A stretch of 64,000 nt of DNA from Raillietiella orientalis (taxonomy: Eukaryota), in NCBI GenBank assembly GCA_036172245.1, contig JAYWIR010000019.1, positions 2,728,001 through 2,792,000 of the forward strand. Reading direction: 5' to 3'. Below the pieces are notes generated by a model. It made no database searches. It was not told the DNA's origin and saw only the letters and a program-made list of their open reading frames with translations. This document shows positions 43,410 to 53,330 of this stretch, in pieces; within the stretch, counting starts at the first letter, position 1, and the number at the start of each line of letters is the position of its first letter. Position numbers and translations under genes: made by a program.

Positions 43410-43920
43410 CGTGCGGCTGCGGCCTCCTCTGCAAGGCGTGGCACTGTCACGGGTTCGAATCCCCACGTGGAGGATCGACGCCGAGAACGGGAGGGAGGGG
43501 TGAGTCGTGGATTTCGCTTCCCCGCAGCATAATGACGCTGGTTGGCCGACGGGCCTCGGGGGCGGCACTGGTGAGCACCGGATGCCCCCCTTGATTGGCC
43601 GGGATCGGAAGACAACTCCCCGGAGTCCTTCCAGGAATCAGGGAGTCGGTTTCCTTCCGGTTGTGCAAATGGAGTCGTCGTTCTCCCCTCCCCCTTCCTC
43701 TTCCTCGGAGGGATCCCTCTTTATCTCGTACCATGGAGCTGGTGGATCGATGTCTTCCCATAGTATGAGGAAGTGCGCTGCTCCCTTCCGGGTTCTCTTC
43801 AGGGGAGGAAACCAGGAGCGGATCCTTTCCGGGTAACCCGAAAAGGGCCCACCCCCTACAACTTGAAGAAAGGTTGCACGAACCCACGGGGGGTGGCGTG
43901 GACAGTGTCAAAAAGCTTCG
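43410..43920 (+). mobile_element. tRNA-derived SINE
   Basis: B-box GGTTCGAATCC near 43452; near-identical to the 52735-53330 copy over ~330 bp; 3' motif ggacagtgtcaaaaagcttc is shared with the copies ending near 35270 and 51950. Confidence 0.8.
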
Positions 43921-44084
43921 CTTGTTCCCTTGACCCCTAAGGAGGCAAACGGTTCTTCAGTACTTAGCGAACCGGAAAAAAAAAAAAAGGAGGGGGGCAA
44001 GTGAAACCTGAAAGGAAAGCACCGAAAACAGGAGAACAACCCCAGAGGGTCCCCATCATCCTAGACTAACAGCACCGATGACGC

Positions 44085-44192
44085 ACTGTTATCAGAAATG
44101 GCCGTTCGGAAAAACTGAATGACTAATGAAAGTGATAACGGGAACAAACACAAGCAGTCGCTGATAAAATTAGGCAGGGCCTGGCAGATGTC
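44085..44192. promoter_or_regulatory. Candidate enhancer: clustered GATA/forkhead/E-box sites
   Basis: TGTTATCA 44087, TGACTAA 44120, TGATAAC 44133, ACAAACA 44144, TGATAA 44162 and CAGATG 44185 in an AT-richer island. Confidence 0.3.
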
Positions 44193-44679
44193 CCTGTTGC
44201 TACAGGAAGGACGAGGTACCTGAAAGGATCGTCTTACTCCAGGTTCGCGAAGGGAACCAAAAAGTCGCGGGAGTTCGGCTCGTCCTGCGGTAGGCCCAAG
44301 GCTGGAAGCGCTCGCGGAACGGCGTTTCCCGGACGCGGTTCCCGCGGACCTTCCGCGGGGTGTCGCGAAGACCTGGCACCCTTCGTTTTCGTAATCTGAG
44401 CTTTCACGGCGGGCTCCAGGACGCGCTGCTCCCCAGTGTCCGTCCCTTAGGAGTGCCGAACGACGCTGCAGGCTTCACAGGTTCCGAATTCCGGGAGCAC
44501 CGCGAAAGGTACGTGCTTCCCTGCATTCTTTCGCTTCCCGGACTCATCCATTGCAAGTTTCCTTGAGTCTCCCCTCGCCACGGCTTGGGTCTGCATTCCC
44601 GGTTCGATGGTGGCTTGGAGCCCCTGGGACTCTTTTCGCGGCGCTTCTTTCGTCTTCGCCTCTTCCTCTGTCCCTAGCC

Positions 44680-44860
44680 CCTTCGCGCCGCACGCCTTCG
44701 TTCCTTCCCGCTCCGCGCCCCTCCTGCTATCTTCCGGACGAATCGCAAAGCTCTTCTTCCGGCACGGAGAAGAAACGCTCTTTTGAAGCGGTTTACCGCG
44801 TGCACAAGGGGGTAACAGTGAGTAGGTATCTGGATATCCTTTGGAAGTAGGCAAGGCTCA
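44680..44860 (-). mobile_element. LINE 3'-end relic (shared ~95-bp 3' segment), copy 1
   Basis: Reverse complement of 47441-47539; preceded by LPKDIQ..VNRFKRAF (~WNxLPxxI..FKxxL, the end of LINE ORF2). Confidence 0.5.
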
Positions 44861-47319
44861 TTGACCGCGGTGCTGAGGCGGGAGCAACAGAGAGTGAAGC
44901 AGACGCACCAAACGAACGCGACTGGAAACCTCGTGAGGAGCAGCAGCCACGGGTGCACCGGGAGCTCGGACGAGCGCAAGCGCTCCCGGTGAGCACCCGG
45001 ACTAGCGGTGGGGTAACGCTGCGTCTTCGAGAAGCGGTTCGCCAGGTGGCGGCTTTGCGACGACGACCCGTGCCGGTAGCGCCTGCTCACCGGAACAGCG
45101 CAGGGCACGTGAAGCTGTGCATTCCGTGCGCACCCGAACGTTCGCCATGGGAGCTGCAGGGGAGAAGACTGCAGAGGCAAGCGAAGGGCCGGCAGAGGCT
45201 GAGAAGAAGAAGCGTCTCCAGCGTGCAGAAGGGAGGTGGTAGAGTTGCGATCAGCCTCTGAGACTTTACGTGGGGTCTCCTAGGGGCACTCGGATGGACG
45301 GATGCTGCTTAGATCGTTGTCAGTCCTCGCTCCGCAGAGAACCTCTGGAGCTTTAGATGGTGGAATCCTGATTCTTTCTTGTTGCTCTCCACGTCGTTCC
45401 ATTTTTTTCTTTCTTTCTTTCTTTTGATTCGCCAAGCATTCACGCACCTTTGCTTCACCCCACAGGGATATATCTCTCGACAACGCGCCACGTGGAAGGT
45501 TTGCGAAGTTCTTTCACTGTCACGCAAATCAGGCAGAAAGTTTCCCGAAGGGAACAACACTTCCTGGTCCCTGGAAGGGAACTCCCATAAGAGTCCGCAC
45601 CCGATTTCCCGGCTAGGCAACGGGCATGCGGCCGCAGGCACGTTCGCGTCCTATGGCCGCATACGCGAAGCATCGAGCCATCCCAGAGTCATCTCGCGGG
45701 AGGACTCTGAACCCCCGACGCGAGCAACTCCGCGTCCATCTCCTTTTTACAGGCGTTCTAGCGCGGCGGCGCGGCCGCCAACGCAGGAGTTCCAGCTAAC
45801 GAAGGAAGGCGCGCCTCGGGGGCGGGCTTTTGGCGCTCGCACGGAGGCGACCAGAAAAGGTGCTGCGTGTTCTTCATCAGACGAGACGGGAGAAGCGACC
45901 TCCGTCGCTGCACAGCGGTCGGCCTCTGCCGGGGAGAGTCCCTCCCAAGACCAGGGAAGGTTCGGCTTCCACCCCGGGGGAATTTCGATCCTGTGACCCT
46001 GCGCTCGCGAGAGTTCGTTCGCACCCCTGCCCCAGCGCACAGGGAACCACAACCAGCGCCCGCAGGAGGCCGTGAAATGAAGTTCTCTGCGTGGAGGCGT
46101 GAGGAACTTTCTAAAGAAAAAAGGAAGGAGGAGGTCCTCCGTGGAGTCTTCTAGAGGGAAATTCGCTTTCCGGGGAGGTGAGGGGGGGTCACGGGATCGT
46201 GGGGCGCGCCTCCCGCCGGAAGGGGCGAAGATTGGGGCTACTCCTCGCCGGTCTGGTTTGTGTGCACCGGAAGGCTCCAAGAACGAAAGAGCTGGCGCCC
46301 TTAACCCAGTCGCGAGATGCAGTTGGCCGATATATTTTTTCCTCTCTCCTCTCTGCCTCCCGGCGCGTTTCCCGAGCGACCGCCTCTCTGGGGGTTCCGC
46401 CCTGCCACTGCCGAAAATGGGGCCATGCTCCGGGAATCGTGGGAGCAGCAAGAGCTCCCCCTCCCGGGACCCGATAAGCGTCAGTGGCATCCATTCTTTC
46501 GCTCCTGGCGACCGCGAAGTTCCGCTGCTCCAGCGCAAGGCTGGCACTCCCGGGTATGAGAGTTCGCGGCTACGCCGCCCGGCGGCAGCACCGCCTACCT
46601 CCGCTGCCGCCGACCAGCAGCCCCGCGGTGGGAGCGCGCACGCGAGGGAGACGGGAGGGCTGGCGCGGAGTAGCGGGTTCAGGCGCCTCGCTACGGGCTT
46701 TCCGGGACCTCCCACCCACTCGCTCTCGCGCGCCCTAGGCCGCACCGTCCGCGAGGGAAGGGGGAGGATGCAACCTTCGACGGATTCCCGGTCGGCCTCG
46801 TGCCCGAAGCCGGCGCGCGCGAACCTAACGCATGGAGGGAGCCTCGGACGATCTCCCGTGCCGAGCGATGGCGGCGACGGCTGGGTTCTGGGAGCGGCAC
46901 ATCTGCTCTGGCTCAGCATCCCCGGTCGCGGCCGAGGAGGGGGGAGGCAACCTTGGGGCGTGCTCCATCCGCTCCCCCCTTTTGCGCCTACTGGCCGCCA
47001 CAGGGGCTGTTTTTTCAAGGTCCTCGACGGAGAGCAGCCGCAGAAACCCGGCAAGAGGCACATAGGCCCAGCAGCAGACAGGCGGCCGGTCAACCGGAGG
47101 ATGAGGGAGGACCCCGAGGACAGGGGCGGACGGACGCTCTTCGTAGGTAGGCCGCGCGTCGCTGCACGACCGCGTGCACGTAGGGAAGTGGGGGGGGGGG
47201 GACGCTCCGCCGTTGTAACTTTCCTCGCGTGTCAGCCCGCGAAGAGTCGGGCAAGAGCGCCACCTCCGCTCCCTTTTCCTCCTGACCAACTGCTCCCCAG
47301 CCTGACTTCGGCTGCGGGA

Positions 47320-47540
47320 TGCGGAGCCATTCCGGAGGAAATTCGCTATGTGGTGCGGCGCTCGTGTTGGCAGCGGCGGCGTGCGCAGACTCTGCGGGAG
47401 GAGAAAGAAGCGACGAACTCTTCCGGAGGACGTGCCGAGGCTCCGCGTCCAAAAAGAAAGCTTTGCGATTCGTCCGCAAGATGGCAGGAGGGTCGCGGAG
47501 CGGGAAGGAACGGAGGAGGGCGTGCGTCGGCGGCGAAGGA
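47320..47540 (+). mobile_element. LINE 3'-end relic, copy 2
   Basis: agctttgcgattcgtccgcaagatggcaggagggtcgcggagcgggaaggaacg, preceded by AIPEEIR (~LPxEIR). Confidence 0.5.
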
Positions 47541-49729
47541 ATTGTAGTAGTAGAAGACGAATGCTCTCCGAAGGGGCATGTGCTAAGTGCTGGGCGGGAG
47601 GGAGGGAAGGGTCACCCGGAAGAAAAAAAAAAACGCTCATGACCGCGGCCGCGAGCATGACCTCCATCTCAAAGAGGCGAAAGGCCACGCCCCGTACGGT
47701 CCGAGCCCCAAAGCGGCAATTCCCTTCGTGACCCTCTGCCCTTCTTCTATGCGAGAGTCGTTCTTCCCCATCCTCACCTGCCTGCGCCCCCTTTCTCCCT
47801 CCTCTGCCGCTCCTTTCCCACTCGCTGTCTCCTGGTGACGCGATCTGCTCTTTTTCCACGCTGCTTGCAGCAGGAGGCGCCTTCCTTGGCACAGGGGGTG
47901 GAAGTGGGGGATGTTCACTCTCTTGCTGCGACGGGGAACGTCCCGGAGTCTCCTCCTCCCCTGTCTCCCAGAGCAACCGCAAGGCTTCCTCCGCTTCGGC
48001 AAAGGGGATGAGCAAGGGATCTGCCAGTGGTCGCGGGAGGCTGGGGAGCGAACAGCTGTTCCCAGGTTAACCTCATCTCTTCCATTCTTCTCTTCCTCTT
48101 CTTCCCTCTTCTTCCTCCTTCTCCTTCCTTCCTCTATCCTTCTTTCTCCTCCTCATCCCCCTTTGTACCAGTGGCGCCGCCATCTCTCAATTCTCCCGGC
48201 TTTCTCTTCAGAGTGCCGCGGGTGCTGTCCTCGAATCCGTGCCCCCAGTACATCCCAGCTTTTCCTTCTCCCGGTTCCTTCCTCAGCGAAGAGGCAGGCT
48301 CTTACCATCTCGCAAGAGAACGGCGTGGTCGTCGTCGGAGGGTAGGAAAGGAATTCACGTCCACGGATCGCTTCTTTTCCGTTTTCCACTTTTCCCCTTC
48401 GCTCGGTCGTCTCCCCAGGAACTTGAAGAAAGTAGGACAGCCGAGTTCCTGTTTTTCTTCGCTCTGATGTCTCTCCCTGAGAACGGGCAGGGTTTCATGG
48501 GGACTTCCTAACGCCTCTTCCCCTCCCCTCCCTTCCACCACCCGACGCAAGCCCTGCCGGCCATGTAAGTGGAGGGTGCAACTCCAGGAACGCCGAGGAT
48601 CTGTCGGCGGCCATGGCAACGGTAGGAACCTAATACACGGCACGGAATCGGAGAGGAGGGGAGAGGGAAGAAAGGAAGGGAACGCGACCATGAAGGTCCA
48701 TGACCGTCCTCCGGTTTCCCGGAAACCGCGGCGGAGAGCTCCGACACACTCACGCGTCCTCCCGCTCGTGATTGCCCGCCACACAGCAGCCACAGCGCCT
48801 CCGGAAGGGCAAACTCGAGGGTCCTGGAGGTTTTTCTCTGTAGGGAGAGATGTCCCCGGGTGAGCCGACTCCCCAAAGAAGTCCTGCGAGCGAACCTTCG
48901 GTCCGGTGACCTCCACCCTGCCTTCCGGGTGCCGGAGCGCCACTGCTTTGGCTCCCTGGAGCTCCGGCATCCCGAGCCAGGCGACCTCGGTCCCCTGGTC
49001 AACGACCGCAGCTTCACAAGGATGGGGCGAACACTTGTCCCCCTCTCCCTTCCGGTAGAGTGTCGAGCAGATGCAGAGGGCGTGCCGTCCTCTTTCGGTC
49101 TCGGATGCCGCTGGTGACCTTTGCCGTCTCGTCTGTGGCACAGCAGGCTCCCAATGCCCTCACGAAGACCTCTTTTCCCTCCTTGGCAACCACCACCCGT
49201 ACCCCCACTTCCAACCTTGAAAGGACCGATCTTTCGGGACGAAATACCAAGAAGCAGCCGCTACCGTAGGCGGCTGAGACAAACCATGGGTGACTCCAGG
49301 GTGGCAGCTCTTTCAGCTGCTTTTCAGCTGCTCCTCGTCCTCGCTGATTCCGAAAGATCCTCCGGTTCGATCTGCGGCTTTTATGATGCCCACCTTGATA
49401 CACTTCTTTTCTTTTGCCCCTTCCTCTCTAGTGTTTCTGTCTCCTTGGAAACTCAGCGCTTTCCTCTCCCCAGTTCCTCCCCTCCACACACACGAGGAGG
49501 AGAAGCAGCATGAAGAAGGTTTCTCAAGCACTCACCTCCTCATGCGCTGACCTCTAGTGCCCGAGAGTTTCCCGAAGCGCCAGGGAGCTCTTGCACGAAT
49601 GTCTTCGGGGACAACCGTGGCGATGCGGGTTGCTCGACAACCCTATGGGCAGTCTACGGTTCCGCGGGGGTTGCGAACCCACGCACGCTGGAAACTGGCG
49701 CGTCTCGCACCTCCACAGTCGGCCAGCGG

Positions 49730-49815
49730 CTCTGGTGCATAGGAAAGAGAACTTTCCGATTCGGCCGGAAGATGGCAGGGAGGACGCGGGGCAGGAGGGA
49801 ACGAAGGTATGGAGC
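49730..49815 (+). repeat. Third, more diverged copy of the same 3' segment
   Basis: actttccgattcggccggaagatggcagggaggacgcggggcaggagggaacgaagg. Confidence 0.6.
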
Positions 49816-50001
49816 GACCAGCATTAAGATCCGGCTTCCTCGCCTTTCCGTCTCCCTTCTCTTTTCTTTTTCTTCTCCTTCCCTTACGCTCCCGCAACCG
49901 CTCTCCTTCCTTCCCGGTGCTTACTGAACCGCCTGACTGCGCCAGGGAAGGAGGGGTGGAGTGAATCCGCACTCACCGCTTCTGACTTCGTTCCTTTCCA
50001 G

Positions 50002-50129
50002 ACGAACTGAACCAGGAAATAGAATGCCTGAAGAGCTGGCTGATGACCATGGAGTCCCGGATCATCCCTCTCAACTTCAATCTCTGCTCCAACCTCATCG
50101 AGCTGAGGGGTAGGACACGCCAGTTCGAG
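50002..50129 (+). CDS. Probable coding exon with spectrin-repeat-like helix (ELNQEIECLKSWLMTMESRIIPLNFNLCSNLIELR...)
   Basis: Branch-like ctgac plus strong acceptor ttcgttcctttccag at 50001. Stop-free frame with an LxxWLxxME heptad pattern and C/G-ending codons. Donor at either 50109 (G|GTAGG) or 50129 (GAG|GTCAGG). Not in the ORF track. Confidence 0.6.
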
Positions 50130-51334
50130 GTCAGGTCTGGGGGTCTGCGCCACGCACCTTGACCTTGCCCCTACCTGAAGCAGGGGAGGGGGGAGAGGAG
50201 TCCTCCGTCATTGTCGCATCCGGTGCTCCCCGTCCTCTCGTCCTATCTCCTGGATGCGCATCCAGGTTCTTACGTCCAGGTTTCTTCCGGTCGCCTCCTC
50301 GCCCTCCTGCTTCCGTTTCTCCTTTTCCTGCCCGCCTCTAGAGAAGTCGCATCCCTGTGGGGTTTCCGGGTGAGCGTTGCCGTCGCCCGATTGCGGCGGT
50401 TCTTCGGTCCACCGTTTCGGACTCTGCGTCATCCGCGGCGTTTGCTTGGAGACGCCGTTCGGCTCGTCCAACCGGGGAGGAAGTTTCCCCGTTCTTGGGC
50501 CAGGGTCCGTTGCGAGCCTTCGGGTCTCCGTCTCGTTGCCTTGGTTCTCATCCCGTGAGCTGGGGTCCACTCGGAGGTGGCATTCCATCCACTCGCAATC
50601 CCCGGCCGCCCTCTCCCGGGCGCGTGGACCTGCCCGGAGAACTCCGCTCGGACCTCAGTCCTCGGGACGAAGGAAAGGCGGCAGCTCTCCCTTTCTTTCG
50701 CTGCCACGTGGACGCAGCGACCCTCTCCGGCGCGGGGACGAAATTTTCCTGGCCCTCGCCCGCGTCACGCCTCCCGGCGGCGGGCACAGGAACCGTGTCA
50801 GGCGCACTTGGGAAGAGTCGAAACTCAGGGGAAGATCGGCAGACTTCACCGCGCGCGCGGAGGATCGTACGAAAGTATGACCGGGCAAGGAAAGGCGGGA
50901 GCGGCGCAGGAAGAAGGGCTGGCCTTCCAGGAAGCGCCCCCTCTCTTGCGGTCCGCATTTTCGCCGGAAACTCCCGGCAGGCAGATGAGTGCTGCGGCGG
51001 GCCCCACGGTTTGAAGCCTCGGGGGGGGGGGGGGATTCCGGATTCGGGATCCCCGTTGGGCATCGTTCGGGAGGTGGGTCCGAGACCGCTCACGAATTGG
51101 TCTTCTCGTTTCCTGAAGCTACCCTGCACGTCGGGACGAGGCGGCTTTTGCGGTTCCGCCATCCGCGCCGAGGCTGCCGCCGCTGCCCGCGTTTTTTTTT
51201 TTTCCGGCCCCTCAGGCCGAAGGTCATTAGCCCCGCTCGGGATCTTCCCCTCGGGCTCTCCGCAGCCCGGGGAGCGGCGTCTCCGACCGTCCGCTCTGAT
51301 TCGCCAGCGCTGTCGGTCTCCAGGCCGCCGGCCC

Positions 51335-51950
51335 GCGTTGGTGGCGGCCGCATGTGGCACCAGGCGTCGCGGGTTCGAATCCCGCCCGAGATAAAGCATC
51401 GAAACCGAGAACGGGGCTGGTGACCCCTCAGTAGGACAGCGCTGGTTGACCTTCGTTGGCTTCAGGTGTGGCACTGGTGGGCACCGGATGCCCCCCACTG
51501 ACTGGTCGGCATCGGAATTCGACTCTCCGGGGTCCTTCCAGGAATGAAGCAGCCCTTTAGGGTTATCCGGAGCCGTACCATGGAGCTGGGGTCGATTGCT
51601 TCTTCGGAGAGTTGCCTCTCCAGAGTGCAAGAAGCGCGCTTCTTCCTTCGGGGTTCTCTCCAGAGGAGGAAACAGGGCGCGGTTCCCTTGCAGGTTTCTT
51701 CCGAGGAAGAAATTCTAGGAGCGGATCCTTTCCGGGTTCTCTTTGGGGAAGAGGCGAGGAGCAACTCTCTCCGGAGGTCTCTCCCGAGAGAATGAGGAAG
51801 AGGTGGTTCCCTTCGGGTTCCCTCCCAGGCGTGAGAGAAACGGACCCCTTCTTCGGGAACCCTTTCTGGATTCTTAGAGTTGCGTCCTAACTTGAAGAGT
51901 TGATAAACACCCTCGGAGGTGGTAGTGCGGATAGTGTCAAAGAGCTTCCT
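51335..51950 (+). mobile_element. tRNA-derived SINE
   Basis: B-box gggttcgaatcccg at 51371, shared body and 3' motif ggatagtgtcaaagagcttc. Confidence 0.75.
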
Positions 51951-52469
51951 GATCCCTTTTACCCACCCGCTTCCCCGCGAGGAGCGGTTCTCCAGAAGGG
52001 AAAACTTGGGAACAGGACACCAGGCGCGAGCAGCTCCTTTGTCGGGTAGGTGCCGTGCGGTATCGCCACCCCCGCGCCGCTGGCGTGCCAGGGACCCTTC
52101 TCCGAGCTCAGCGGATGGGACGCCGAGTTCCCCCTCTCCCCATCTGCTTCGGGATGACTTTCTCTTATCTGCGCGACGACGATTAGATTCGCTTACATCT
52201 GGCGCGGGATTAGCGACCGATCCCGACCCTATAATCCTCCATCACCCCTTCCCCCGGAGATCCCTTTTCAGACTCCGCCCGCTCGCAGCTTCCGGCCGAG
52301 GACGCGAGGGGGGGGGGAAGACACCATCCGGCCGCTCTTCGTTCGGCGTCCGGGTGCAGAGTGGCGGCGGCGTCGCGCGCTCACGTCTTTCCCTCCCTCC
52401 CCGGAAAGGAGTGCCGAAAAAGGGAGAGAGGAGCGTAGCCGGAAGTCCGTGCTTCTCTGCCAAGGACGG

Positions 52470-52506
52470 ATCGCTTCTCGGCCTTTTGGCTAAGATCGAA
52501 GTGTAG
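52470..52506 (+). pseudogene. U2: 3'-truncated U2 snRNA fragment (nt 1-37)
   Basis: atcgcttctcggccttttggctaagatcgaagtgtag: starts at U2 +1 and ends within the GUAGUA branch-site recognition sequence. Confidence 0.92.
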
Positions 52507-52734
52507 GGCGTCCGGAAGCGACGGCCGGTGTCGCGAGAGACAGGCGCGCTGTTCTGAAGGTATGGCGGCGGACCTGCTGCGTCCTCCTCATAGCGGAGGG
52601 CTCGCGGCTTTACGGAAGGGCCCGGTGCATCTTCCACGCCACATCCGGAGGCGGAAGGGACGTGCGTGGCTTTCTTGGGCACCCCTGCGGTGGGGGCAGC
52701 AGCCAAGGTCCGCGGGAAGGGAACCCGCTTCGGC

Positions 52735-53330
52735 GGGCTGCGGTTGCCTCCGCAAGGCGTGGCATCGGGCGTCACGGGTTCGAATCCCCACGTGAAGGAT
52801 CGACGCCGAGAACGGGAGGGAGGGGTGAGTCGTGGATTTCGCTTCCCCGCAGCAGGATGACTCTGGTTGGCCGACGGGCTTCGGGGGCGGCACTGGTGAG
52901 CACCGGATGCCCCCCTTGATTGGCCGGGATCGGAAGACAACTCCCCGGAGTCCTTCCAGGAATCAAGGAGTCAGTTTCTTTCCGGTTGAGCAAATGGAGT
53001 CGTCGTTCTCCCCTCCCCCTTTTCCTTCCCCGGAGGGATCCCTCTTTATCTCGTTCCATGGAGCTGGTGGATCGATGCCTTCCCATAGTGTGAGGAAGTG
53101 CGCTGCTCCTTTCCGATTTCCTTTTGGGGGTTCTCTTCAGGGGAGGAAACCAGGAGCAGATCCTTTCCGGGTTCCCTTCAGAGAAGAGTCGAGGAGAGAT
53201 CCCCTCCGGCGTAAGAAGGAAGAAGGAAGAAGTTCCCTTCGGAGTTCCGTCCTGAGCGTAAGAAGAACGGAGCCCTTCCCGGATTCATAGGGAGGTCCCC
53301 CCCAGGGTGCCTCCTAACCTGAAAAGTCGT
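52735..53330 (+). mobile_element. tRNA-derived SINE
   Basis: B-box GGTTCGAATCC near 52777; near-identical to 43410-43920. Confidence 0.8.

Noticed and set aside
43450..43465. tRNA genes at GGTTCGAATCC motifs
   Set aside because: No cloverleaf; the motifs are heads of a repeated SINE.
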